Shown: positions 47,281-58,100 of the stretch, piece by piece
Layout of the letters: each line of letters opens with the position of its first letter
Numbering within the stretch: position 1 is the first letter of the stretch
Virus record (IMG/VR): IMGVR_UViG_3300033463_000004
Location: 96,001 to 160,000 of that record
DNA from: a virus
Lineage: Duplodnaviria; Caudoviricetes
DNA: 64,000 bases
Direction: 5' to 3' (one strand)
Position numbers and translations under genes: made by a program
Notes under the pieces: generated by a model
The model's input: the letters and a program-made list of their open reading frames with translations, nothing else
What the model was told of the DNA's origin: nothing
Database searches by the model: none

Positions 47281-47703
47281 TTAGCTGTCTTCGGATTCTG
47301 TTTCGGTTTCTTCCTCCGAAACATCATCACATTCAATCGGAGACTCATCGTCAATATCATCAATATCAACGATTGCATCTTCTTCGATTTCTTCTGTTAC
47401 GGATTCTTCTTCATCATTAGATGTAGGCGATTTCTTCAATTGTTTGAATACCTGATGGTATCCTGTTGCAGAAGCACCAGAAGCAAGACCGAAGAAAATT
47501 GCTTCGACAATGTTATTGCCCATTGTGACATTTGGCATGAAGTATCCGATTATGCCAAGAATCACACCGAATACGAGAGAGAAGATCGGAATGTATCGTT
47601 TGATCTTTTCCTCGTCACCTGTGATTGCAACAGCGATAATTTTTACGACTTCATTCAAAGCGACAACAAACGCGGCAAGAGTAATTGCTGTGAATTCCAA
47701 CAT
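47281..47703 (-). CDS. Holin (three TM segments, long acidic C-terminal tail)
   Basis: Start at 47703 (RBS AAAGGAG); RYIPIFSLVFGVILG and AIFFGLASGASATGYHQVFKQ are typical of Firmicute phage holins. Confidence 0.75.
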   Translation of the reverse strand: MLEFTAITLAAFVVALNEVVKIIAVAITGDEEKIKRYIPIFSLVFGVILGIIGYFMPNVTMGNNIVEAIFFGLASGASATGYHQVFKQLKKSPTSNDEEESVTEEIEEDAIVDIDDIDDESPIECDDVSEEETETESEDS

Positions 47704-47787
47704 AAAAATCTCTCCTTTACATATATATTCTTCATTCGATATCAACAACAGTGTGTTGTGATATTAATAATTCGTGGAGGTGTTCTT

Positions 47788-47961
47788 TTGGATATTTTCA
47801 AGAGACCTAAAACAAAACCGAAAAAGGTGCATCGTTTAGATGTGCATCGGATCGTAACCGTAAAACGTCGTGATATGCGAGAGTATATCATAAATGGTGA
47901 AAAGATTCCTGATGTTGTCAGAAAACCTGAAGTGAGGAGTGAAAATACAAATGGCGATTGA
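47788..47961 (+). CDS. Small basic protein (57 aa)
   Basis: TTG start after GGAGGTG; the real 3' part of the 47242-47961 ORF; overlaps the next gene. Confidence 0.55.
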   Translation: MDIFKRPKTKPKKVHRLDVHRIVTVKRRDMREYIINGEKIPDVVRKPEVRSENTNGD

Positions 47962-48532
47962 TCCCAGAATTTTAAAACCGACACCAAAACATATTGACAT
48001 TACTGAAGAGCGTGATGTTTCTGAGGAAGTTATGGAACACGCCGAAGAACATACTGTTGATGAATCTACTATTCCATCAGATGATGAGATGCCTGTTAAT
48101 GGTATCATATTCCATTCTATGGATGGTAAAAGATATTTAATCAACAGAGATTCCATTAATTGGATGGATGCTGCGGCGAGTGTTCAGACAATTGAAAGTA
48201 ACCTGTTAGTTGTCAGACAGGTTCTTCAGCAATTGATTGCTTCCGCAGTTGAACCGAATTCAGAACCTGATACATCATTTGCTTTATCTGTTATCAAGGA
48301 TATTGTTGAAGGTTTTTGTAAACCAACATATACTGAATTATATTCTGGACTTGATACGGCAGATAATGATTATCATCTTGCCGTGTTATATTGTACGGAT
48401 GCGATTGAACTGATGAATATCATGTTGAAAGAAATCGCAGTTTTCAATGTGAGTAAATCATTTTCTGATTTATTTAATATCTATTCACAGGAGGAGATAC
48501 CCAATGACGATCACATTCAAGAAGATCAATGA
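47951..48532 (+). CDS. Hypothetical protein
   Basis: Start MAIDP at 47951 (RBS GAGGAG); acidic. Confidence 0.7.
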   Translation: MAIDPRILKPTPKHIDITEERDVSEEVMEHAEEHTVDESTIPSDDEMPVNGIIFHSMDGKRYLINRDSINWMDAAASVQTIESNLLVVRQVLQQLIASAVEPNSEPDTSFALSVIKDIVEGFCKPTYTELYSGLDTADNDYHLAVLYCTDAIELMNIMLKEIAVFNVSKSFSDLFNIYSQEEIPNDDHIQEDQ

Positions 48533-49358
48533 ACTGCCCGAGGGAATTCATAAGTTAACTGACAACTTTATGATTCTCGAAACCCCGCAGGATGATAAGG
48601 TTCAACTCGACCTTGTGTTTCCTGCAAAGAATGTAGAAGGAACTTACTATGATTTCATTGTAATTCCGGATGAGAGATATGGTTCTCTTACAGGTATTAT
48701 GCAGGAAATCATGAAGGGTCTTTACAGCAATGAAATTCAACTGGGAGATGCTGACGTAAATGATGTTATGCGTGCTGCAACAATTGCTTCCGGTGAATTG
48801 GCTGCAGATGGCCGCGATTATCAGAAACAGGAAGAAGATAATTCAAACAAAATCTTCTATCATCTGATCAATGGACAGATTATGTTTTCTGATGCAACCC
48901 AGATGAACTGGGATGAAAACATCAAAAACATGGGTAATACTATTTCTGCTGCAGATAGTGTTCGTCAGTTGATTGCACTGTTGGAATCTCGTGAAGAAGT
49001 TGAAATCAAATCTTCCGAAGAGGAAACAACTGGTGAGATGAAGTCTACGATTGAACTTGCCAAGGCTGAAATTGCAAAGTTCCATGAGATTCATAAGCTT
49101 GATATCGATTACAAAGTATTCGAAGAAGCAGGTATTGCAACTGAACGTGAACTGCTTGTTCTGAAGTTGATTGATATCCTTGAAGTTTATCAGCAGCTGA
49201 TTACAGCAACAGCTCTTGTCACAAATCAGCAGCAGCTCATTAATATGTATGAGCAGAGAATCAGAGAGTTGACAAATACAACATCTGAAACATCTGAAGA
49301 TGCTGGTGAAATGAAACCTATTGATGTTGAAGAAGTGACATCTGATAAGACGGAGTAA
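48504..49358 (+). CDS. Hypothetical protein
   Basis: 284 aa, RBS AGGAGG; its Y.LING....DA segment faintly resembles the preceding gene. Confidence 0.72.
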   Translation: MTITFKKINELPEGIHKLTDNFMILETPQDDKVQLDLVFPAKNVEGTYYDFIVIPDERYGSLTGIMQEIMKGLYSNEIQLGDADVNDVMRAATIASGELAADGRDYQKQEEDNSNKIFYHLINGQIMFSDATQMNWDENIKNMGNTISAADSVRQLIALLESREEVEIKSSEEETTGEMKSTIELAKAEIAKFHEIHKLDIDYKVFEEAGIATERELLVLKLIDILEVYQQLITATALVTNQQQLINMYEQRIRELTNTTSETSEDAGEMKPIDVEEVTSDKTE

Positions 49359-49362
49359 ATAT

Positions 49363-49542
49363 ATGAAAAAGGTACTGATCGGTTGTATGATTGGTGCCAT
49401 CGTAGCACTGGTCATTGAAAAATGCCATGAATTATATCAAAATAAATTAGAATCAGAACAAAGGGCAGCGGCTTCCCGCTGCCCTTATTTTGTTGAAACT
49501 GATTCGAAAGGAGAAAAACATGTCTTTCATTATTCACCATAA
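49363..49542 (+). CDS. Possible small membrane protein (59 aa)
   Basis: MKKVLIGCMIGAIVALVIEK..., RBS GGAG; reads through a hairpin and overlaps the DHH start. Confidence 0.35.
   Translation: MKKVLIGCMIGAIVALVIEKCHELYQNKLESEQRAAASRCPYFVETDSKGEKHVFHYSP
49461..49486 (+). terminator. Terminator-like hairpin
   Basis: AAGGGCAGCGG-cttc-CCGCTGCCCTT followed by ATTTT. Confidence 0.65.
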
Positions 49543-50524
49543 TGATGACGATGGTAGATGTTCTGCAGCAATTATTTATAATGATTGCTGTATGGCGGAT
49601 CCATCTATGGAAATTCAAGGAAAGATATTTGAATATTCACACGGAAAAGATTTTCCCACAATTAACCCAGAAGAAATTCAGAAGAATGATACAATCTATA
49701 TTGTTGATCTTGCTTTAGATTGGACCATCTTCAATTTCATGGTTAATGTATTGCATGCATGTGAAAATGTAAATATTGTTCACATTGATCATCATCAAAG
49801 CACACTTACATTTATCGAGAGCCTTGATGAACAAGGAAAAGCGTTCATGAAGAACATCACGACAATGTACAAGATTGGTGTATCCGCAACAATCCTGTGT
49901 TGGGTTTATTCATGCATGAATGAAGATGAGAGAAAACGTCTCGATACAGTTGTCTGGGACAATACAGCACAGTTTTCTCATATTGGTATTGGTCCAGATT
50001 TTGATCATCTTCGTGAATATCGTGTACCAATGGTTGCACGTTTTATCAATGACTGGGATGTATGGATTCATGAATTAAGCGGGACGCGAGCATTCCATTA
50101 CGGTTTCTCATTAGAACAGGATAAGAAACCAACTAGCAGAGTTTGGGTTGATTTGTTATGGAGTACAAACAACAAAATGCTCAATGATAAATATGTTGAA
50201 CCCGGCAATGCAATTGTTGCATATAAGGATTCCGACGCAAAGAATTGCATGCAACAAGCGTTCCAATATGACCTTGAATACAATGGGAAAACCATTAAAG
50301 TTCTTATGGTAAATGCACGTGGAGATTCATTCTTATTTGGTGATCTGATAAAAGACTATGATGCAGTATGCATGTTCTGGAGAACTGCTGCGAAGTGGTA
50401 TTATAGCTTTAGATCCGATGAGGAGAAAGGTGTTAACGTCGCTGAAATATGTGAATCATTTGGTGGTGGTGGACATATACACGCTGCTGGATTCACCAGT
50501 GATGAATTAATGTTTATCAAATAA
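49520..50524 (+). CDS. DHH-family phosphoesterase (DHH/DHHA1)
   Basis: HHNDDDG..SA, IYIVD, HIDHH, SFRS and GGGGH..AAGF motifs; ATG at 49520 after AAAGGAG. Confidence 0.88.
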   Translation: MSFIIHHNDDDGRCSAAIIYNDCCMADPSMEIQGKIFEYSHGKDFPTINPEEIQKNDTIYIVDLALDWTIFNFMVNVLHACENVNIVHIDHHQSTLTFIESLDEQGKAFMKNITTMYKIGVSATILCWVYSCMNEDERKRLDTVVWDNTAQFSHIGIGPDFDHLREYRVPMVARFINDWDVWIHELSGTRAFHYGFSLEQDKKPTSRVWVDLLWSTNNKMLNDKYVEPGNAIVAYKDSDAKNCMQQAFQYDLEYNGKTIKVLMVNARGDSFLFGDLIKDYDAVCMFWRTAAKWYYSFRSDEEKGVNVAEICESFGGGGHIHAAGFTSDELMFIK

Positions 50525-50530
50525 TGGGGA

Positions 50531-50565
50531 TTAATTGTGAGGGGCTGTTCGCCCCTCACAATTAA
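50531..50565. terminator. Bidirectional terminator
   Basis: TTAATTGTGAGGGGC-tgttc-GCCCCTCACAATTAA. Confidence 0.85.
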
Positions 50566-50902
50566 CCGTACCTTTGACGCGAGAAAATGCTTTCCTTTGA
50601 CACTACTGACCGACTATAAGGATCTCACAGAAGAAGTAGGTTGGACGGAACCTCATAGAAGACAATACCATCAGCTTGTGTCTATATATGTATCAAATCA
50701 CACAACATATGCATGTCATTTGTCATGTTCCGAATCTGTGTATGCGTGTCACAGATTGATGGCCATCTTTACGGATTCATATGATCATAATCTGAAAATA
50801 ATAAATGAGACTTTATTTTTTATAGACATAACCTGTCAAAGATATCTCTTGTATTACTTCGTCATATGATACATATTACATGACGCCTGACAATTCTATG
50901 CC
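50566..50902 (-). ncRNA. Candidate structured non-coding RNA (unclassified)
   Basis: ~340-nt gap with no credible ORF; nested 8-bp stems 50595-602/50834-841, 50679-686/50821-828 and 50733-740/50750-757; bounded by an AACA-N6-TG motif and a terminator. Confidence 0.4.
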
Positions 50903-50922
50903 ATGTAATTGTTAACATATCA

Positions 50923-52845
50923 TCAAGCTTTTACAACTTTTTCCAAAGGTGTTGTTGTCGGTTTAACCCCATCGATTGTTTGTGCAAGTCCAACATTAAT
51001 TGCAGATGAAATATCTTGGAATAATAAACCTTGTAAGATACCTGCACGTTGAACTGCAACACGGAATTGTTCCTTGTCATATGACATTGGATCAACTCCA
51101 CCATGACCATATTTCAATGCAAATGATTTACCACCAGCGCGACAAACACGTCTTGCAATAATCTCATATGTAATAGAAGGTCCGGTCAAATCAATTTTGT
51201 TAATTTCCATACAACGGAACATCATTTCTGTCATCATATTATATGGAATTTGTGCAGTCTTTGAATACAAATATATTTGGTTAATATAAAACTCAACATT
51301 CTTAACAGATTGACGAATTGCAACAGAACAGATTTGTGAGTCAGGTTCATATTGCAAAATAAAGTAATCAGGGTCTTCTTGAATGTCATCATAGATTTTG
51401 AAATCCAATGTTGTCGGCACAGTCATTCTGGTTGACAGTATTTCACGTCCTTCGTTGTTATAGAACTTCACAGGGACAACCCCGAATGAAGAACATGTGG
51501 TTGCTTCCAATGAGAATCCCTTAAATTCATCAAACATTTTCGGAATGAATATTTTCATCGGAAGCTTATTAACAATAAATCCTTCTTGAATATCAAAATA
51601 ACTATTCGGTTGCTCAAAAATCCATTTCTTATCAATGACCGCAGCCGATTGTGATAAGTCATGCTTTGATTTCAATTTCAAGTTCAATAACTTTTGTGTG
51701 ATTGATGTAACAAGTAGACCAATCTGTGTGACTTCCAAATTATGGAATACTCTACCTGCACATTTGCCACAAATTTGTTCGTGTGTACAACACTGCGGTG
51801 AATACATATTGACAGTCTTACCAACATAATTACCAATATTATCAATGGTAGTTAATACTTTCTTACCACCTTCATTGATATATCGATAAAGCATATACTG
51901 TTTATTTCGATCAGTAATTGTGAGAGGTATCGCTTGTGTAGTACCACAATCAGAATCAGGATCTGGGTCGATACTAATGGATTGCAACAATGCAAGAATG
52001 ATTTTTGCCATATAACCGGCATCAGCAGTACCAATTGCTGACGGATATGCACCTGCAACAACAGAGTTAGCAAATGACGGAATGTCTTTTTTATTGATAC
52101 CATCCATCAGTGAAGACTCAGAAATATCGAATCGACCAGTTAAACTATTGAAAACTGCACCACGCATGACATTAATTGTCTTATAATTGTTATCCAAATT
52201 TCCGTCACCAGATGCATACATGTCATATCCGTAATCATTTTTCAGATTCTCACGGACGAGTTTCATCAACTCTTTTTCAACTGCATTTGATGCAAGTAAT
52301 TGTTTTGTTGGATCTTTTGAATGTAAGTCATCATGATATTTTTCAAGTAATTGTAATTTCAATTGTTTTACATTTTGCATGGGTCGAACAAGTGATGGTG
52401 AAATTGTTGATGATAAGAATGAAGCACTTTGGAATCCAAGTTTATCACGTCTATCAACAAACATACCAAGAATTTTTGTATCGATTTGAGATGTGATAAC
52501 GAGGTTATTCACCAACATATTTAACTGTCCCAAACCTTTCTTGTGAAGAGGGATGTTCCAATATCCAAGAAATTTAATGATACCTGTATATTCCAATAAG
52601 TATCGGTTCATGAATAATATCCCAAGTGTTGTTTCAACTTCATCTTTCACGAATTCATATTCTGAATGTGTTAATTTGATATGATCATTGGCATTAAATG
52701 CAGATTGTTTTTGTGAATTTGTAGACCTATCATAATAAGATGCAAACAAGCTTTCAAGAAAAGCTTTATTAAATTCTGATATATCAGCACCCAAGATACG
52801 TTGTTTTCCAACCTGGGATGATGACGATGTCATAGGTTGTGCCAT
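50923..52845 (-). CDS. rpoC: Split RNA polymerase beta' subunit, C-terminal part
   Basis: Bridge-helix-like GAYPSAIGTADAGYMAK, DCGT, Zn site SPQCC...ICGKCAG, and IG...S.TQ.LLNLKLKSKH trigger-loop-like segment; no NADFDGD motif. Confidence 0.85.
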   Translation of the reverse strand: MAQPMTSSSSQVGKQRILGADISEFNKAFLESLFASYYDRSTNSQKQSAFNANDHIKLTHSEYEFVKDEVETTLGILFMNRYLLEYTGIIKFLGYWNIPLHKKGLGQLNMLVNNLVITSQIDTKILGMFVDRRDKLGFQSASFLSSTISPSLVRPMQNVKQLKLQLLEKYHDDLHSKDPTKQLLASNAVEKELMKLVRENLKNDYGYDMYASGDGNLDNNYKTINVMRGAVFNSLTGRFDISESSLMDGINKKDIPSFANSVVAGAYPSAIGTADAGYMAKIILALLQSISIDPDPDSDCGTTQAIPLTITDRNKQYMLYRYINEGGKKVLTTIDNIGNYVGKTVNMYSPQCCTHEQICGKCAGRVFHNLEVTQIGLLVTSITQKLLNLKLKSKHDLSQSAAVIDKKWIFEQPNSYFDIQEGFIVNKLPMKIFIPKMFDEFKGFSLEATTCSSFGVVPVKFYNNEGREILSTRMTVPTTLDFKIYDDIQEDPDYFILQYEPDSQICSVAIRQSVKNVEFYINQIYLYSKTAQIPYNMMTEMMFRCMEINKIDLTGPSITYEIIARRVCRAGGKSFALKYGHGGVDPMSYDKEQFRVAVQRAGILQGLLFQDISSAINVGLAQTIDGVKPTTTPLEKVVKA

Positions 52846-52872
52846 ATCTTTTCCTCCTTTATATGATAAAGA

Positions 52873-52885
52873 TTATCGTTCGGTT
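52873..52885 (-). promoter_or_regulatory. Candidate late promoter AACC-N6-TAA
   Basis: AACCGAACGATAA upstream of the beta'-C gene. Confidence 0.35.
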
Positions 52886-52907
52886 TCCTGAACTATTTTT
52901 ATTTTTG

Positions 52908-52931
52908 ATATGTATATTATTGCCATGAATA
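52908..52931 (+). promoter_or_regulatory. Candidate early promoter ATATGTATATTATT-N5-GAATA
   Basis: Exact copy of the motif at 29287. Confidence 0.65.
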
Positions 52932-52980
52932 GGATGAATGTTCCTATTTAAATAATTAAATTGAAAGTGAGGACTCCACA

Positions 52981-53577
52981 ATGATTATCCCCGACCAACT
53001 GCTAAAAGAGATAGCGGAAAAGAATCTTGAAATGTTTTTCGCAAGGAATGTATTTCAGATTGAGATTGAGCATATCAAACATACATTATTGCTCAAGATC
53101 TATCCAGCAGACAGACATGATTCACCATTATCTGCAATACTTGAAATCAATTGTAAAGAGAGACGAAAGATGATGACATTTATGAGCGTTCAATTGTATT
53201 GCGAAGCAATTGATGATGATTTCTTGGAGTTCGTGAAATGTTGCCAAGAAATCCAAATCAAGATCGATCAGATATCCTGTTATCAGAAAATTTATTATGG
53301 ATATGAAGATCGATTGTTGGTAAACTTCACAGAAATCGGTATCGACAAAGATGATTTAACGAGAGACCTGATCGTTAAACGTGACGGTGATATCTCGTTA
53401 ATCAGTTTCAAAGAAGACGGTACTGCAACAACAACAGCATTTTTATCGATCGACGAATTCGTTGAATACTTGGATAAAATTGATGATGTAAATATCGATT
53501 ACTGTGGAGCAACATTCGTCTATCTGACAGATTATGACCGTTATGATGATTCTGATATCGATGATGAGGATGAATAA
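52981..53577 (+). CDS. Hypothetical protein with acidic tail (probable early gene)
   Basis: 198 aa, RBS GAGGA; flanked by the early motif and a terminator. Confidence 0.7.
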   Translation: MIIPDQLLKEIAEKNLEMFFARNVFQIEIEHIKHTLLLKIYPADRHDSPLSAILEINCKERRKMMTFMSVQLYCEAIDDDFLEFVKCCQEIQIKIDQISCYQKIYYGYEDRLLVNFTEIGIDKDDLTRDLIVKRDGDISLISFKEDGTATTTAFLSIDEFVEYLDKIDDVNIDYCGATFVYLTDYDRYDDSDIDDEDE

Positions 53578-53602
53578 ATGTGGGGGCGAAAGCCCCCACA
53601 TT
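53577..53602. terminator. Bidirectional terminator (GAAA tetraloop)
   Basis: AATGTGGGGGC-gaaa-GCCCCCACATT. Confidence 0.85.
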
Positions 53603-53620
53603 ACCCATTTCTTCTTTTTT

Positions 53621-54064
53621 TTACTTGAATATCTTTCCGAATATCTTGTAGCGAGGTTCCTCCTCGTCAAACCAGATATACCGGATTACATCATCAAGAA
53701 AAATTCCGATTGCTGATAATAAGAACCACAAGCATGAATTTAACAGACAAATTTGTCCATAGAAGTTCAGAAATCTTCCTGAGTAATCCCAGATGTTCCA
53801 TCCAAGTTTGATATTAAGAATATATCCAGATATCAATTCGAGTGCTGTAATCACAAATGCACCATAGAACATTTGTAACAGTAAAGGAATATCCCAAGTA
53901 TACCACTCATTCAGAAGACCAATGATGACAAAACAAATACCACCGACAATGAACATTGACCAATGTGTGAATCCGCGTAAACCAATTTCAATACCGGCAT
54001 AAATAAAACCGCCAATTAGAAACAGTATACATTCCATGATCAAATTTTTTGTCAGTTTATTCAT
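53621..54064 (-). CDS. Membrane protein of the putative ABC-transporter type IV (CmpB-like) family
   Basis: Four TM segments; GG..Y..IE...RG.THWSM, IT.LE...G.ILN..LG..IWDYS...N..GQIC pattern. Confidence 0.7.
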   Translation of the reverse strand: MNKLTKNLIMECILFLIGGFIYAGIEIGLRGFTHWSMFIVGGICFVIIGLLNEWYTWDIPLLLQMFYGAFVITALELISGYILNIKLGWNIWDYSGRFLNFYGQICLLNSCLWFLLSAIGIFLDDVIRYIWFDEEEPRYKIFGKIFK

Positions 54065-54462
54065 TATGATTCACCACCATTGTTCGCGTTTATTACAGCG
54101 GTAAAGATTTCTTCAAACAATCCAATGATCATGGTGTGATCAACGACATTATCGACATTTGATAACGCTTCACTGATTGTTCTTGACGATGTGATTGTCA
54201 TTGTTGCAAATCTTGCATACTCTTGTGATTCAAGTTTTTTATTGATTGCAACAATGACTGTACCGTTGTACAGATCCTCATTCAACGAAACTGCAATCAA
54301 CCATGTATGATCAACAACGAGATCATATGTTGTCGCGGAACGACGATTCATCGTATCTGAATAATGTTCTTCAATAACAGATATTGTTGTATCAAACAAC
54401 GTATTCTGATTTCGAACTTCTGTAACATTGGTTTCCATGTGTTCTTGAATTTCAGGTTTCAT
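54064..54462 (-). CDS. Hypothetical protein
   Basis: 132 aa, RBS AAGGAGG, coupled to the next gene. Confidence 0.65.
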   Translation of the reverse strand: MKPEIQEHMETNVTEVRNQNTLFDTTISVIEEHYSDTMNRRSATTYDLVVDHTWLIAVSLNEDLYNGTVIVAINKKLESQEYARFATMTITSSRTISEALSNVDNVVDHTMIIGLFEEIFTAVINANNGGES

Positions 54463-54477
54463 AAGTCAGTTTCCTCC

Positions 54478-55167
54478 TTACATTGTAAAATATGCATTCA
54501 TATCAACCATCGGTATTGATTCTTCACGTTGAGGATGATAGATACTTTCATAATCAAACGGATCTTCAATAATACTCGTAAACGTGACTTGAGTCGTTTC
54601 TATAATTGCTTCCATCTGTCTATTGAGTTCATCATCTTCAATTCTGGAACCATAATTGAATGCAGCTATCTGTTCGAAATCAGATAGTGATTTGATATAT
54701 GCCTTAACAAAGTTATTATATGTCGTGTGGTATGTAACCCAGTTGACACAAAGTTGCGAAATCATCAGAATCTCTTCTGGTGTATATTGCCGACACAACT
54801 TCCCATCTGCATGATAAAAGATGGGAAGTTGCGGAGCCATAGCTGCTTGTGTTGCCAATTTAGATAAATTCATCTGATCATTTGTTGTTAATGAATAATG
54901 ATCGTCACCAACTTGAATGCCTGATTCAATCATTGAATGACATGTGGATGAGATGAATTCAAGTTTGATACGTTTTGCTTCTGCAATATGTTCTGCATCA
55001 GCATCAGCACGTTTTACGAATCTTCCTTCGATATATCGATATGAAAAGATATCATCTGCAATGTCTGGTGGGATGTTATCTACTTGACAACACCCTTCCG
55101 CGTTGGGATCTCCTCCAACGCGGCAGAATTCAATAATGTTATATTCATTATCAAGCTTAATAACCAT
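54478..55167 (-). CDS. Tail-fibre-associated assembly/chaperone-like protein
   Basis: AK..KL..IS..C...I..G...HYSLT..DQ.NL...YHADG..CR.Y pattern, commonly found downstream of Firmicute phage fibre genes. Confidence 0.5.
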   Translation of the reverse strand: MVIKLDNEYNIIEFCRVGGDPNAEGCCQVDNIPPDIADDIFSYRYIEGRFVKRADADAEHIAEAKRIKLEFISSTCHSMIESGIQVGDDHYSLTTNDQMNLSKLATQAAMAPQLPIFYHADGKLCRQYTPEEILMISQLCVNWVTYHTTYNNFVKAYIKSLSDFEQIAAFNYGSRIEDDELNRQMEAIIETTQVTFTSIIEDPFDYESIYHPQREESIPMVDMNAYFTM

Positions 55168-55183
55168 TTTAGATCAAACCTCC

Positions 55184-58100
55184 TTACATGATTCCATAAA
55201 TTCTTATTGATTTAAATTTCAAATAATAAGAAGTACTGGTCCATCTAGAACCAGTGAACGTGAGTGTGTAGTTATTGCTGTACCCGACATTTAGTGTTAA
55301 ATGTGGACCATATGATGATGAAGATCCCCAGTTTGGGTGATAACCGATACCGACATTATATGAAACACCGGTTCCACTTACTGCCAACAAGTACTTTATT
55401 GGTATTAAGAAATTAAATCTGAAACCATATGAACCTTCACCAGAATCAGTCGATGATGTTGAAATTGTACATGTCATGACGCAATATAATAATTTCCATT
55501 GAGTCATAATAGCGTCTGTACATGTAACACTGGCATTTGAAACATTTCCACCTGAAGTATTGTTCCATGTTTGATCTGCCAATAATGGTTGAATCTCTTC
55601 ACGACCATTTGAGTATCCATCGATAGTCCAATGCGGATTATAATTCGTATTTTGTGACAAATGATATGTTGCAGTATGACCAGAAGGAAATTCATAATAT
55701 CCTGATGTGATCGTACCGATACGTTGTTCTGCACCCGAGGTTATTTTCAACAAATATGTTCCATAACTTTGTGGTGGATGTGAGCCTGTATTTTCACACA
55801 TACCAATGAATTCAAAAGTTGCACCGCATAAATGCATTTCATAATAAATTCCATCTACAGTAAATTGTAGAATGTCATTATAATCATAAGAATATTTTGA
55901 TTGAATAATCACATGTTCCCATGTACTTGCGTGAATATATCCTTGTGATATAAAATGTGCCATCAAATCAGCTAATGTAACTCGTTGTTTGTCACTTGAT
56001 TTACATTTGATATATACATTTCCAATAGTGGAGATTTGTCCGGGAATTGTTAATAAACCATTTGAATTAAATACCCATGATTTAGACGAATTTTGTATTT
56101 TTAATGTTGTTGAAGCAGCTGCTATATTCCAATCATATGTTGACGTTGCGGTATCTGATGTATGGAAGTTAATACCTGAACCAATACCCATAGCACCATC
56201 AGATGCAATCCATGGGAACTTATCAAACCATGCACCTGAAACAGCTTTTACAGATGTATCGATAATATCATAATATGTACTTCCATTAGAAAGATAATGT
56301 CGAAACAATCCTGTTGTAGAAGCTAATGCGAGATATCCGAGTGTTTGTGTTGCATTATTATTTACATTTGTAAATTTAATCGCAGCAGTACCAGTGCCTT
56401 CACGATGAATTGTCAAAGGTGCCCATGAAGAATTGGATATGTTTACATTTGCAAAGTATCCCCAATTCCATCTGGCTGTCGAATAACCTATCTGACCTTT
56501 TTTGTCTATCGACGGACAGAAAACACCTTGTGAATCAATATATATTGTTCTTAAATTTGTCCAATCTTCATGCGCTGTTGTTGATAAACTATCAGAACCA
56601 GTTATGAATGTAATATTTGTATCTGAAGATATTATCATCCGTTCTTCAGTAACACTGAATGCTGATGAATATGGGGTCAAGCTTGCATCAAATGCTGTCT
56701 CAAATAGATTTTTACCAGATTCACCAGAACTAATCATTGTTATTCCGCCATGAGTGTACCCCAAAAATAATCCGTAACCATAACTATTACCAGGGATCAT
56801 TTTAACGAATGAACCTGAGTAGCTCGATGAAAGATTCGCAGGTTGATAATTTATCACAAAGCCAGCATTATCTGCATCTGATAATAATATAGAATCTTTG
56901 TAAAGACGCAACCATGTATTGTTATAAGCCGTACCCATATAGAAATATTGAGTTTCAGTATTATTTGCAGAAAAGGCACCAAATGAACCAATTGCAGTTG
57001 ACCAGTCATCAGAGAAAACTGTTATTCCACGTGCCCATGATGAATTTATAACTTGGAATTGTGTGCCATAATATGTTAAACGACAGCTGTTTGCGTTACT
57101 TGATGGGATCGTTATCGTCGCAGATGCATCCATAGTTCCACCTGCAAGCGGTAAATACGGGTGTGTATGCGAAGGTAAATCAGATGCCGCAACTGAAGCA
57201 GTACCTGTGATATGACCGGATGCATTGTATTTGATTTTATATAAACCTGCTGTTGTCACTGCGGTAACAGAATCCGTATGATTAATCGTATATGTATTAC
57301 CAGTATAACTTGTCGAAGCAGCTGTAGCAATTGATAAACCTGTTCCTGCTAATAGATTTCCAGTATGGAGTATTGGATATTCTGTACTATGACTAGAATT
57401 ACTTGCATTGGGCAAGTAAACATTGATTGTCATATTACCTTTTGAATTTGTTGAATCATATCCTGTTGAAATATATGTCTTTCCAACGTGTCCTGCAACC
57501 GACGACGATTTTGCACCAATCCACAAATTCGTACCATTATCACTGATTCCTGCATAAACATTCGATCCACTGTCTTTCAAGTAAATACCTTTACCTGTTG
57601 CATTAAACTTTAAGTCACCAGAAATCTGATCGGAACCAGCTAATGGAATATATGAATGTGTATGACTGATGGGTGCGTAAACACTGTCAGCTTTTCCTTT
57701 TACATATGACCATAAAGCAGACATTGGTCGACGGTGATATGTTGTTGTAGATGTTCCACCGCCAACATATTGAGAGACATAATAATCGGCATCTACAGGT
57801 GTGGATGATCCTGTACTGAGTTTGTTTATTAAACCGCTTACATCAGTTGCATCCAAAGCTGATGCAGCTGAAACATGACCAGTGCCATCAACTGTAATTT
57901 TATAAACGCCTGACGATTTTGAAGTGTATGTCTTGTGTGAAAGTGACACACCATATTTGACTGTAACCGCGGTATTACCGGATCCAATTGTTTGAGAATT
58001 CTCTGTTACTGTTATAACATTATCTCCGCTGGTTATACATCCAGGTGTTAATAATCCAACCCAATCACTCCATGTATCAGTGTCTTTTTGTCTAAATAAT

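Noticed and set aside
47242-47787. 5' part of the 239-aa plus-strand ORF
   Set aside because: Antisense to the holin and begins at a terminator; only the RBS-led 47788-47961 portion is credible.
50537-50869. 110-aa plus-strand ORF in the gap after the DHH gene
   Set aside because: Starts inside the terminator hairpin, lacks an RBS and has atypical composition; a structured RNA explains the region better.
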